A DNA stretch of 64,000 nt, from assembly GCA_902604355.1 (NCBI GenBank), contig CACKYN010000002.1, forward strand, positions 13,630 to 77,629. The letters run 5' to 3'. The notes under the pieces were generated by a model. The model ran no database searches and had not been told where the DNA came from. It saw nothing but the letters and a program-made list of their open reading frames with translations. The stretch comes from an uncultured Pelagibacteraceae bacterium (GTDB lineage Bacteria > Pseudomonadota > Alphaproteobacteria > Pelagibacterales > Pelagibacteraceae). This document shows, one piece after another, positions 1 through 9,343 of the stretch (positions are counted from its first letter, which is position 1; the number at the start of each line of letters is the position of its first letter). A program made the translations under genes and the position numbers.

Positions 1-167
1 GCGCCACCTAATCCATCAATTTGCCTAATATCAGGTGAGCCCATTACTGCTAGCAGAATTTTATCTCTTTTTGATGTATCCACAGGTAAATCTTTTTTTA
101 AAAAATATGGCCCTCTTGAAGTACCACCCCTCATAAACATACAAGGTATTTTAATTTGATCACTCAT
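1..167 (-). CDS. PrpF/4-oxalomesaconate tautomerase-family isomerase, 5' part (runs off window start)
   Basis: Not in ORF track; manual translation from ATG at 167 gives MSDQIKIPCMFMRGGTSRGPYFLKKDLP...LLAVMGSPDIRQIDGLGG, with the MRGGTS(R/K)G and GSPD-RQIDG-GG motifs of the PrpF/GalD/FldA family. Confidence 0.85.
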   Translation of the reverse strand, partial: MSDQIKIPCMFMRGGTSRGPYFLKKDLPVDTSKRDKILLAVMGSPDIRQIDGLGG

Positions 168-259
168 TATAAAATTTCTTAATACAAAAAATGTTCAAAG
201 TACATCAAATATATAAGGTGTTGGTAATTTGTTGGAATAATTAATGCCAAAAATTACTA

Positions 260-289
260 TTGAAAGTTACGAAAAATACATCTAACTTT
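260..289 (+). promoter_or_regulatory. Putative sigma70 promoter of tctC (TTGAAA-N17-TAACTT), overlapped by inverted repeat AAAGTTA...TAACTTT
   Basis: TTGAAA 260-265, TAACTT 283-288; repeat arms 263-269 and 283-289. Confidence 0.4.
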
Positions 290-322
290 TTCTATATTTA
301 AATTAATAACAGGGGATAATAA

Positions 323-1384
323 ATGTTAAAAAAAATACTAGCAGTTTTAGCTGCCTCGTTGTTTTCAGTTACTGCTGCATTAGCAGTAGATTATTCTGGA
401 AAGACCGTAACTATGTGGATACCATTTAAAGCAGGTGGTGGTTCTGATACATGGGCTAGAGCAATCGGACCTGCGTTTAGTGCAAACTTACCAGGCAATC
501 CTACAGTCGTTGTAAAAAATGTAACTGATGGAAAAGCTATCGGTGCATCAAATAAATATTTTGCTGAACATGGAAAAGATAAAGATGGTATGGTTGTATT
601 CGGAACTTCTGGATCAGTTCAAATGCCATTTATCTTTAAAGACGAAAGAGTAAGATACAACTATAAAAATATGGTTCCAATTTTTGCAAGTGGTACAGGG
701 GGAGTTGTTTATGTTAGAAAAGAAATGGGAGTAACTGATATAATAAAAGACTTCGATAAATTTAAAAGTTCTAAACTTGTTTATGGTTCTCAAGGAAAAA
801 CTTCTTTAGACGCTGTTCCAATTTTAGCGTTCGATATGATGGGTGTAGACGTAAATGTTGTCTATGGCATGAAGGGAAGAAAAGCAGGAAGAGCAGCAAT
901 CTTACGAGGTGAAACAACTGTTGATTATCAAACCACAGCATCATACTTAAAACATGTAAGGCCTTTAGTAGAAAAAGGAGAAATGGTTCCGATAATGACT
1001 TGGGGAGCACCAGTTGGTGGTAAAGTTGAGAGAGATCCTAACTTTCCAGATCTTCCAGCATTTCCAGAAGTTTATGAAGCGGTAACAGGAAATAAATTTA
1101 AAGGAACAGAAGCTAAATCTTGGACAGCATTATTTTATGCTGGTTTTGCAACACAAAAATATGTGATGCTTCCTAAATCAGCTAAAAAAGATGTTGTTAA
1201 AGCTTGGCAGAATGCAGCAGCAGCAATTGTAAATGATCCAGCGGCAATGAAAGTTTTAAATAAAAAACTAGGTAAGTATGATCAAGTTACTGGCTCTAAA
1301 GCTTTAAAATCTGCACTAAAAAAAGCTACTTCTATAGACAGTAAGTCAGAAAAATTCTTACAATCTTGGAAAGATACCAAGTAA
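323..1384 (+). CDS. tctC: Tripartite tricarboxylate transporter substrate-binding protein (TctC/Bug family)
   Basis: Signal peptide; IPFKAGGGSDTWAR motif; adjacent TctA-like gene. Confidence 0.85.
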   Translation: MLKKILAVLAASLFSVTAALAVDYSGKTVTMWIPFKAGGGSDTWARAIGPAFSANLPGNPTVVVKNVTDGKAIGASNKYFAEHGKDKDGMVVFGTSGSVQMPFIFKDERVRYNYKNMVPIFASGTGGVVYVRKEMGVTDIIKDFDKFKSSKLVYGSQGKTSLDAVPILAFDMMGVDVNVVYGMKGRKAGRAAILRGETTVDYQTTASYLKHVRPLVEKGEMVPIMTWGAPVGGKVERDPNFPDLPAFPEVYEAVTGNKFKGTEAKSWTALFYAGFATQKYVMLPKSAKKDVVKAWQNAAAAIVNDPAAMKVLNKKLGKYDQVTGSKALKSALKKATSIDSKSEKFLQSWKDTK

Positions 1385-1403
1385 AAGCTTAATACAATTA
1401 TTT

Positions 1404-1434
1404 AAAAAAAGGGGGCCATGCCCCCTTTTTTTTT
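1404..1434 (+). terminator. Intrinsic terminator-like hairpin between tctC and tctA
   Basis: A7-GGGGG-CCATG-CCCCC-T9. Confidence 0.75.
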
Positions 1435-1450
1435 ATATGATATAAACATT

Positions 1451-3457
1451 ATGTTTGAAGCATTATTTGCTGCACTTGCTACTATTGTTTCAGGTCCGTC
1501 ATTATTTTTTCTAATTCTCGGTGTTTTAATTGGTTTAGTAGTTGGGGTTATTCCTGGGTTTGGCGGAACTGTGGGATTATCATTGTTACTTCCATTTGTT
1601 TTTGGAATGGAACCAGTTTCTGGAATTGCAATGATGATGGGATTATTATCAGTCGTAGCAACTTCTGATACCTTCCCTGCAGTTTTAATTGGAGTTCCTG
1701 GTTCAGTTTCTGCTCAAGCAACTGTTATGGATGGCTTTCCATTAGCTAAAAAAGGACAAGCAGCAAGAGCATTATCTGCTGCGTTTTTTTCATCTTTATT
1801 TGGTGGACTTTTTGGTGCCGTTCTACTTACGATGGTTATTCAAATTGCAAAACCTATAATCTTAGCTTTTGGAACTGGTGAGATGTTGATGTTAGCAATT
1901 TTTGGAATTTCAGTTGTTGGAACATTAACCGGATCAAGTATTTTCAAAGGATTGGTAGCAGCATGTCTTGGAATGATAATTGGTTGTATAGGTATTTCAC
2001 CAGCAAGTTCTGAGTATAGACTAGATTTTAGCACGATATTAGAGGTTCAAAACCCTGTTGTAATGTATTTAGGAGGAGGAATTCATTTGATGGTGGTTGC
2101 TATTTCTATCTTTGCGTTCCCTGAAATTGTAGAACTTTTGAGGTCAAATAAAGCCGTATCTGAAAAAGCAGAATTGGAAAAATCTGGATGGTTCAAAGGT
2201 TTAAGAGATTTTTTAAGTAACAAGTTTTTAGTATTAAGGTGTTCTTTTATTGGAAGTGTTATAGGTTTAATCCCAGGTATCGGAGGATCTTGTATAGACT
2301 GGATTAGTTATAGTCATGCAAAAACAACTGTAAAAAATAATGAGAATTTTGGAAAAGGTGACATCAGAGGTGTTATTGGGCCTGAGTCTAGCTCCAATTC
2401 CAAAGAGGGTGGAGCACTAATTCCTACTTTATTATTTGGAATTCCTGGATCTGGTGGAACAGCAATTTTGATGGGTGGATTAATATTATTGGGTGTTGAT
2501 CCAGGTATAACGATGGTAGATACCCAACTAGATTTAATTTATACAATAATTTGGTCGCTAGCAGTCGCAAATATATTTGGTGCAATAATTTGTGTAGCAA
2601 TGGCTAAACCAATTTCACAGTTAACAACTATTAATTTCACAATTCTTGCACCATTTTTAATTTCATTAATACTGTTTGCGATTTTTAACTCAACAAGATC
2701 ATGGGGTGATTTAATATTTGCGACATTTATTGGAGTACTTGCTGTTTATATGAAAAGATTTGATTACTCTAGGGTTGCTTTAATGATCGGTTTTGTCTTA
2801 AGCGATAGTATTGAAACATACTTGTATCAGACAATGCAATTTTATACTTTTTCTGAGCTTTTTATAAGACCGATTTTTTTAGTTTTAATTTTGGTTTCAG
2901 CATTTTCAATTTATTCAGGAATTAAAATAATTAATAAAAAAGATAAAATAGCTAATACTAAATCAGATGTACTCAATGCTAAATCTAGACCGCAATGGGT
3001 CTTTTTAATTTTATTGTTATTAATATCTGTTTATACAGTATTTGTAACAGACCATTTACAATATCTAGGTAAAATATTTCCAATTAGTGTTGGTTTGTTT
3101 ATGCTTTTATTCTGTATCATTATAGGAATTCAAATGTTTGTAAGTAAATCTGGCTTAAAGGTATTTCATGATGCAGAAAATTTACTTTTAGGGAATACAG
3201 AAATTAGAAGTCAGTGGTTAACTATTTTCTGGTTTATCTCTCCATTATTTTTATCAGTATTTATAGGATTTTATATGTCTATTGGTTTATTTGTTTTTAT
3301 ATTTTTATCAAAAATTGCAAGAGTAAGTTTTAGATTTAGTTTAATTAGTTCAATTGGTGTATGGATCGCTCTTGCATCAATTTCACATTTTATGATAATG
3401 GATTTTCCTCCAGGAATTTTACAGGGCTATATTGAATTACCTTGGCCAATAAATTAA
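1451..3457 (+). CDS. tctA: Tripartite tricarboxylate transporter permease, TctA with fused C-terminal TctB-like domain
   Basis: TctA motifs (G..PG.G, DGFPLAKKGQA.RAL, GPESSSNSKEGGALIPTL.FGIPGS); extra ~150-aa hydrophobic C-terminus ending FPPGIL. Start moved from 1418 (inside hairpin) to ATG 1451. Confidence 0.85.
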   Translation: MFEALFAALATIVSGPSLFFLILGVLIGLVVGVIPGFGGTVGLSLLLPFVFGMEPVSGIAMMMGLLSVVATSDTFPAVLIGVPGSVSAQATVMDGFPLAKKGQAARALSAAFFSSLFGGLFGAVLLTMVIQIAKPIILAFGTGEMLMLAIFGISVVGTLTGSSIFKGLVAACLGMIIGCIGISPASSEYRLDFSTILEVQNPVVMYLGGGIHLMVVAISIFAFPEIVELLRSNKAVSEKAELEKSGWFKGLRDFLSNKFLVLRCSFIGSVIGLIPGIGGSCIDWISYSHAKTTVKNNENFGKGDIRGVIGPESSSNSKEGGALIPTLLFGIPGSGGTAILMGGLILLGVDPGITMVDTQLDLIYTIIWSLAVANIFGAIICVAMAKPISQLTTINFTILAPFLISLILFAIFNSTRSWGDLIFATFIGVLAVYMKRFDYSRVALMIGFVLSDSIETYLYQTMQFYTFSELFIRPIFLVLILVSAFSIYSGIKIINKKDKIANTKSDVLNAKSRPQWVFLILLLLISVYTVFVTDHLQYLGKIFPISVGLFMLLFCIIIGIQMFVSKSGLKVFHDAENLLLGNTEIRSQWLTIFWFISPLFLSVFIGFYMSIGLFVFIFLSKIARVSFRFSLISSIGVWIALASISHFMIMDFPPGILQGYIELPWPIN

Positions 3458-4536
3458 TTAAGAGTCTTTTTATATTCCTCTATAATCTTAGACCATTGGA
3501 ATTTGTTCACAAATTCTTTGGCATTCTTTCCATACTCTAAATATTTTTTATTTTGTAAAATTGCATTTGTAGATAAATAAACATCATCTAAATTATTCCC
3601 ATCACAAATTAAACCAGTTTTTTGATGATCAATTGCATCTGCTGCCCCTCCATCTTTACCTCCTATAGAAGGTATTCCATATTGAGCTGCCTCAACATAA
3701 GCGATTCCAAATCCTTCAACAGATGTTTTATGTATCACCGAGGGCATTACAAATACATTAGATTTTGCAACTAGGGCATTTTTCAGGTCATTACTTATAT
3801 CTTTAAAGAACATTACTTGTTCTTCTAAATTTAATTCTTTTACAAGGTTTTTAATATTTTCTTCCTCTTCGCCGTAACCTACACAAATATAAACTATATC
3901 AGGGTAAATTTGTTTTAAATTTCTTAAAGCCATAATTATTTTTTCATGGTTTTTTCTTTTATCGAACCTTGAAACAGTAATTAATCTTGGTGTTTTTACT
4001 TTTAACAAACTCTCAACTTTATCCAGAGTTTTTTTATCTAATTCTTTTTCTGGATATACTCCAGGGTTAATTACAATTATTTTATTTTCGTTAACACCAC
4101 ACTTAATTGCTAAATTTTTTGTAAATTGTGAATTTGCAATTACTCTCTCAACATTATTTAAAACATTTAAAACCCTTTTATTTAAATTTGAGCCTACTGG
4201 ATGATTAATTTCTTTACTGTGAATTAGGCAATATTTTTTTTTAGGTGATTTAATTAGTTCTAAACTTTTCCAGTGATCAGCAATTATTCCCTCTATCTTG
4301 TTATCTTTAATAAATTCATTTATTAACTGGGCTTTTCTGTATTTTCTTAAAAGTTTAATCCCTCCAACTCTTTCAATTGAAAAAGACGCTTGTTCATCAA
4401 ATTCTTTGTGACCTTCAATATAATCTGCAAAAACTTTAATCATAAAGTTTTTCGATAATTCTCTTGATAAACCCCACATTAAATTTTGCATTCCACCAAG
4501 CTCTGGTGGAAAAGATCTAGTAACGATTAAATACAT
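3454..4536 (-). CDS. Glycosyltransferase family 4
   Basis: FPPELGG N-terminus, KNHE, EGFGIAYVEA motifs. Confidence 0.9.
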   Translation of the reverse strand: MYLIVTRSFPPELGGMQNLMWGLSRELSKNFMIKVFADYIEGHKEFDEQASFSIERVGGIKLLRKYRKAQLINEFIKDNKIEGIIADHWKSLELIKSPKKKYCLIHSKEINHPVGSNLNKRVLNVLNNVERVIANSQFTKNLAIKCGVNENKIIVINPGVYPEKELDKKTLDKVESLLKVKTPRLITVSRFDKRKNHEKIIMALRNLKQIYPDIVYICVGYGEEEENIKNLVKELNLEEQVMFFKDISNDLKNALVAKSNVFVMPSVIHKTSVEGFGIAYVEAAQYGIPSIGGKDGGAADAIDHQKTGLICDGNNLDDVYLSTNAILQNKKYLEYGKNAKEFVNKFQWSKIIEEYKKTLN

Positions 4537-5090
4537 TAATCATATTTCCATTTAATGCCACAACCAGCACTAGGAATTTGTTCTTTTGGACCTTTACCTG
4601 TTTCAGCTATTTGTTTCATTGCTTGGAATAGATCACTTTCCCCACTTCTAACTGGAATAAGTTTTTTTAATTCTCTTATTCGACCTCTGTATTGAAGTTC
4701 TAAATTTTTATTGTATCCAAAGAAATCAGGAGTACACACAGCATCGTATGCTTTCGCTACTTCTTGGGTTTCATCTACTAAATAAGGAAAACTAAAACTA
4801 TTACTATTTGAGAATTTTATCATATTTTCAAATGAGTCTTCAGGATAATTAACAGCATCATTTGAACAAATTGCAACAGAGTTTATACCTACTTCTTTTA
4901 AAGTATTGCAGTCTTCAACTATATCTTTTGCAACAGCTTTAACATAGGGACAGTGGTTACAAATAAACATTATCAGAGTTCCATTTTCTCCTTTAACATC
5001 ATCAAGCTTGAGAATTTTTTCATCAGTTGATTTTAGTTCAAATGGAATAGCTTTTTTACCAAAATCACATATTGGAGTTTGTATTGGCAT
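4536..5090 (-). CDS. Thioredoxin-like/AhpC-TSA family protein
   Basis: FICNHCPYV, C-terminal PSAGCGIKW. Confidence 0.85.
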   Translation of the reverse strand: MPIQTPICDFGKKAIPFELKSTDEKILKLDDVKGENGTLIMFICNHCPYVKAVAKDIVEDCNTLKEVGINSVAICSNDAVNYPEDSFENMIKFSNSNSFSFPYLVDETQEVAKAYDAVCTPDFFGYNKNLELQYRGRIRELKKLIPVRSGESDLFQAMKQIAETGKGPKEQIPSAGCGIKWKYD

Positions 5091-5110
5091 AATGTAATAA
5101 TATATAAATT

Positions 5111-5623
5111 ATGTTTTACGATTTAAAAGATAAAAAACCAAAAAACTCCGGCGAAAATTGGGTAGCACCTAATGCAACTATAATAGGTGATGTTACTCTA
5201 GAGAAAAACACAAGTATTTGGTTTAATGCTGTTTTAAGAGGGGATGTTGAAAACATATTTATTGGTGAAGGGTCAAACGTTCAGGATGGGAGCGTTTTAC
5301 ATACTGATCCAGGATGCCCTTTAAAAGTGGGAAAAGATGTAACTATAGGCCATATGGTTATGCTTCATGGATGCACAATTGGTGATAATAGTTTGATTGG
5401 TATTGGAGCAGTTATTTTAAACAATGCTAAAATTGGAAAAAATTGTATTATTGGAGCTAAAGCTTTAATAACAGAAAATAAAGAAATACCAGATAATTCA
5501 TTAGTAGTTGGATCACCTGGTAAAGTTATAAGAGAAGTTACTAACGAAGAAAAAAAAGGAATAATTGAAAATACTAAGCATTATCAAGATAACTGGAAAA
5601 AATATTCAAAATCAATATTCTAG
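5111..5623 (+). CDS. Gamma-class carbonic anhydrase family (YrdA/CaiE-like)
   Basis: Hexapeptide repeats, LRGD, NVQDG..LH, GH...LHGC. Confidence 0.9.
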   Translation: MFYDLKDKKPKNSGENWVAPNATIIGDVTLEKNTSIWFNAVLRGDVENIFIGEGSNVQDGSVLHTDPGCPLKVGKDVTIGHMVMLHGCTIGDNSLIGIGAVILNNAKIGKNCIIGAKALITENKEIPDNSLVVGSPGKVIREVTNEEKKGIIENTKHYQDNWKKYSKSIF

Positions 5624-5628
5624 TTTAA

Positions 5629-6069
5629 ATGCCAACTTATACAGTAACAAATTCAAATTTTACTTTAACCTCAAAACAGCAAAAAAATTTAGCTGAAGGA
5701 ATTACAAAAGTTCATAATGTTGTAACAGGAGCAAATACTTATTTTGCACAAGTAATATTTAATAAAACAAAAAAAAATAATCATTTCATGGGAGGTAAAA
5801 AAGTAAAAGAGCCTTCAATATTTTTGCTAGGTCAAATTAGAGCTGGCAGACCAAAAAAAACAAAAGATAAATTAATTTCTGATCTTAGAGATATTATAGT
5901 TAAAAATTCTAAATTAGATGAAACTCAAGTATGGGTTTACATTGTTGATTTGCCTCCATCTCAAATGATCGAGTACGGAGAAGTATTACCTGAGTCAGGA
6001 AAAGAAAAAGAATGGTTCTCCAAACTTTCTAAAAAATTAAAAAAAAAATTGTCCAAAATAGGTAATTAG
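5629..6069 (+). CDS. Tautomerase superfamily, cis-3-chloroacrylate dehalogenase (cis-CaaD)/Cg10062 subgroup
   Basis: After Met removal: Pro1, His28, Arg70, Arg73, Tyr103, Glu114 at the cis-CaaD positions. Confidence 0.85.
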   Translation: MPTYTVTNSNFTLTSKQQKNLAEGITKVHNVVTGANTYFAQVIFNKTKKNNHFMGGKKVKEPSIFLLGQIRAGRPKKTKDKLISDLRDIIVKNSKLDETQVWVYIVDLPPSQMIEYGEVLPESGKEKEWFSKLSKKLKKKLSKIGN

Positions 6070-6182
6070 AAAATAAAAAATTTTTTCATTATTTAACAAG
6101 CTAATAAATACAACTAAGGATTGAATACATAATTGTTTTGTTTACAATTCCTTTTAATAGGTTTTTAATTTCATTTATATAA

Positions 6183-7916
6183 ATGGTTAAGAAAATTAAA
6201 AAAACCAAAAAGAAAAAAAAGAAATTAGTCAAAACTTCTAGAAAAATAAAAAGAAAAAAAAAGGTAAAGACTAAAAAAGTTGGGACAAAAAAGTCTGCGA
6301 CTAAGAAACCTTTAAAAAAATCTAGAAGATCTAATAACATCAAATCTAATAAAACAAGAGGAGTGAAAAAAATGAGTGCAGAAGCATTAAAAGTGTCATC
6401 AGCTCTAGACACATCTCATTTAAAGGTAGAATTTCCATTTAAAGCAAAATATGGAAACTACATTAATGGGAAATTTGTAGAGCCAAAATCGGGTAAATAT
6501 TTTGATAATCCAAGTCCAATATCAAATGAAGTTATCTGTTCAGTAGCAAGATCAAATGAAAAAGATGTTGAAGCAGCATTAGATGCAGCTCATGCAGCTT
6601 TTAAAGAATGGGGAAAGACAGACATCACTACAAGATCAAATATAATGATGAAAATAGCTGATGTATTAGAAAAAAATCTAAATTTACTTGCAACAGCTGA
6701 GTGTTTGGATAATGGAAAGCCAATTAGAGAATGTATGGCTGCAGATCTTCCACTAGTAATCGATCACTGGAGATATTTTGCAGGTGTGATTAGAGCTGAA
6801 GAAGGTTCAGTAGCTGAGATTAGTAATTCTCAGTACTCTTACAATATACCAGAACCTTTGGGTGTAGTTGGTCAGATAGTTCCATGGAACTTCCCATTAT
6901 TAATGGCAACATGGAAATTAGCTCCAGCATTAGCTGCAGGTAACTGTTCAGTTTTAAAACCAGCAGAACAAACTCCAGCATCTATCATGGTGATGATGGA
7001 ACTTATCGGTGATTTATTACCTCCAGGGGTTGTAAACATTGTTAGCGGTTTTGGACTAGAAGCAGGTAAACCTTTAGCTTCGTCTAAAAGAGTAGCAAAA
7101 GTTGCTTTTACTGGTGAAACTTCAACTGGAAGATTGATCATGCAGTACGCTGCTCAAAATATAATTCCAATTACATTAGAATTAGGCGGTAAGTCACCTA
7201 ACATATTCTTTGCAGATATTATGGATAAAGATGATGACTTCTTAGATAAGTGTGTTGAAGGTTTTGTAATGTTTAATTTAAACCAGGGTGAAGTATGTAC
7301 TTGTCCAAGTAGAGCATTAGTTCAAGAGTCTATCTATGATAAATTCATGGAAAAGTGTATCGCTAGAACAAAAGCTGTTATCCAAGATAATCCATTGAAA
7401 ATGGAAACGATGATCGGAGCACAAGCTTCGGTTGAGCAAATGGAGAAGATTAAATCTTATCTAGATCTTGGTAAAAAAGAAGGCGCTAAAGTTCTTGCTG
7501 GGGGAGAAGTGGGTAAACTAAATAGTGGATTAGAAAAAGGTAATTATATCCAACCTACTATTTTTGAGACCAATAATAGTTCTCGAATCTCTCAAGAAGA
7601 AATCTTTGGACCTGTAGTATCTGTAATTAAATTTAAAGATGAAGCAGAAGCATTGGAAATTGCTAATGATACTCTTTATGGTTTAGGTGCAGGTGTTTGG
7701 ACTAGAAATGGAAATATTGCATACAGAATGGGTAGGGCAATACAAGCAGGAATAGTATGGACTAATTGTTATCATGCTTATCCAGCTCACTCTCCATTTG
7801 GTGGTTACAAACAATCAGGTGTGGGAAGAGAAACACACAAAATGATGCTTAGCCATTACAGACAAAATAAGAATCTGCATGTTTCTTATGCTGAGAAGAA
7901 ATTAGGCTTCTTTTAA
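6183..7916 (+). CDS. aldB: Aldehyde dehydrogenase (AldB/ExaC type), possibly with a 63-aa Lys-rich N-terminal extension; alternative start at 6372
   Basis: [43 protein letters not shown]; adjacent DUF779; GAGGAG RBS at 6358-6363 before ATG 6372. Confidence 0.9.
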   Translation: MVKKIKKTKKKKKKLVKTSRKIKRKKKVKTKKVGTKKSATKKPLKKSRRSNNIKSNKTRGVKKMSAEALKVSSALDTSHLKVEFPFKAKYGNYINGKFVEPKSGKYFDNPSPISNEVICSVARSNEKDVEAALDAAHAAFKEWGKTDITTRSNIMMKIADVLEKNLNLLATAECLDNGKPIRECMAADLPLVIDHWRYFAGVIRAEEGSVAEISNSQYSYNIPEPLGVVGQIVPWNFPLLMATWKLAPALAAGNCSVLKPAEQTPASIMVMMELIGDLLPPGVVNIVSGFGLEAGKPLASSKRVAKVAFTGETSTGRLIMQYAAQNIIPITLELGGKSPNIFFADIMDKDDDFLDKCVEGFVMFNLNQGEVCTCPSRALVQESIYDKFMEKCIARTKAVIQDNPLKMETMIGAQASVEQMEKIKSYLDLGKKEGAKVLAGGEVGKLNSGLEKGNYIQPTIFETNNSSRISQEEIFGPVVSVIKFKDEAEALEIANDTLYGLGAGVWTRNGNIAYRMGRAIQAGIVWTNCYHAYPAHSPFGGYKQSGVGRETHKMMLSHYRQNKNLHVSYAEKKLGFF

Positions 7917-7934
7917 TAAATAATAATATATACT

Positions 7935-7959
7935 GGCCCATGATTCTAAATCATGGGCC
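7935..7959. repeat. Perfect 11-bp inverted repeat between aldB and DUF779
   Basis: GGCCCATGATT-CTA-AATCATGGGCC; no U-tract; GGAG follows. Confidence 0.8.
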
Positions 7960-7970
7960 GGAGTTTAAAA

Positions 7971-8321
7971 ATGAAAGTATCTGCAACTAACTCAGCGTTA
8001 AATCTTCTATCTGAACTTCAAGAAAAGTATGGTGAAAAATTGATGTTTCATCAATCTGGCGGTTGCTGCGATGGTAGTGCTCCGATGTGTTTTCCTGAAG
8101 GAGAATTTCCTTTAGGTGATAATGATGTAAAGTTAGGTGAAATTGGTGGAGTGCCTTTTTATATGAATGCTGATCAATACGAAAAGTGGAAACATACTGA
8201 TTTAACAATTGACGCTGTTAAAGGAATAGGTGGCATGTTCTCATTAGATAATGGAACAGGTCGCAGATTTCTGACTAAATCAGAAATCTGCTTAGTAGTC
8301 GATAACGACAAAAAAAATTAA
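7971..8321 (+). CDS. DUF779 family protein
   Basis: MFHQSGGCCDGSAPMCFP, WKHT.LTID..G.G.FSL..G.G.RF; start set to 7971 after GGAG. Confidence 0.9.
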   Translation: MKVSATNSALNLLSELQEKYGEKLMFHQSGGCCDGSAPMCFPEGEFPLGDNDVKLGEIGGVPFYMNADQYEKWKHTDLTIDAVKGIGGMFSLDNGTGRRFLTKSEICLVVDNDKKN

Positions 8322-8328
8322 TCTTTTA

Positions 8329-8655
8329 TTATTGACCTGGAGCTTTGTAAGCGCCTGAAGCGACTTCACTAGCTTTAGTTGTAGCTTTATTAAAATCAAT
8401 AGCTTCTAACAATGTTAGATTTTTTACAGCACCCGAAGCTTCCACTACAAGTTTCACTGCTGCAAAATCTTCAAAACTAGTTAATTCATTTACAACAACA
8501 AAATCATATGAACCTCTAACAATGTCCATGCTATGCATTGTTCCACCCATAGCTTTTGTTAATTGTTCTACTACTGCTTTCCTATCAGTTTTTGGATCCT
8601 TTAAAAAACCTTGAAAAGCTTTTTCGGTGTAGTTTCCCATTATATATGCTTTCAT
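8329..8655 (-). CDS. GYD domain protein
   Basis: RGSYDFVVV; size and N-terminal Y.EKA..G pattern. Confidence 0.75.
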   Translation of the reverse strand: MKAYIMGNYTEKAFQGFLKDPKTDRKAVVEQLTKAMGGTMHSMDIVRGSYDFVVVNELTSFEDFAAVKLVVEASGAVKNLTLLEAIDFNKATTKASEVASGAYKAPGQ

Positions 8656-8738
8656 TATTTCCTCCTATAAAATTAACAATCTAGCATGAGATAATACAAT
8701 TTTTTTTTACAAATTGTCTCAATAAAAATTAAGTAAAT

Positions 8739-9338
8739 CTAAGGTACAAGCCAATTATCTTTATTATTTTCCAAATCAAATCTGGCTCTTCTATGTCCTT
8801 TAGCTGCTAAATATAACCATTCAATAGATTTAATTTTACACTGAATAACAGTAAAATTTTTATAACCTTCTTCGCTTTGCTCTTTTGTATATTCAAAATT
8901 ATCAAGCTCGGGTTTTAAACCAGATGTCGGTTCATCTGAAATACTACCAGGACCATTATCTACTAAATAACATTTCCTGCTTATATGTTGAGTTTTTTCC
9001 CAAGATTTTTTAGAAATGTCATTTTCATGATTTACAATACATTCAACTTTTAATCTGACCTGAATTTTTTCTTCTTTATCATAAAATAACATTGCTGCAT
9101 TAGAATTTTTTTTAAGTATATCAATTTTATCCGATCTGATATCGCTGTGAAATTGAACTAAATTATTTTCCTTATCAGCTTTTCTTAAAACAACAATTCT
9201 ACCATTTATTTCTGAGCCATAACCACACATAAATGTAGGTATTCTAAATTGAGAATTACGGTTTGAAACAGCACCCTCTAACATATGCCAAATCTTTTTT
9301 TTTATTTCACTGAAATCTTCGTAGTATGCTGGTTGCAT
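8739..9338 (-). CDS. Pyridoxamine 5'-phosphate oxidase-related FMN-binding protein
   Basis: RIVVLR, FHSDIRSDK, EWLYL...GHRRA, C-terminal WLVP. Confidence 0.85.
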   Translation of the reverse strand: MQPAYYEDFSEIKKKIWHMLEGAVSNRNSQFRIPTFMCGYGSEINGRIVVLRKADKENNLVQFHSDIRSDKIDILKKNSNAAMLFYDKEEKIQVRLKVECIVNHENDISKKSWEKTQHISRKCYLVDNGPGSISDEPTSGLKPELDNFEYTKEQSEEGYKNFTVIQCKIKSIEWLYLAAKGHRRARFDLENNKDNWLVP

Positions 9339-9343
9339 ACTAT

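Noticed and set aside
1418-1450. Longest-ORF starts at 1418, 7953, 22325, 22394, 47849, 55444, 58700
   Set aside because: They fall inside hairpins or regulatory sites or overlap divergent genes; downstream ATGs fit RBS, signal peptide or family N-termini better
6101-6412. 103-aa Phe/Leu-rich minus-strand ORF
   Set aside because: Mirror image of the poly-Lys (AAA) stretch on the plus strand; overlaps the aldB start
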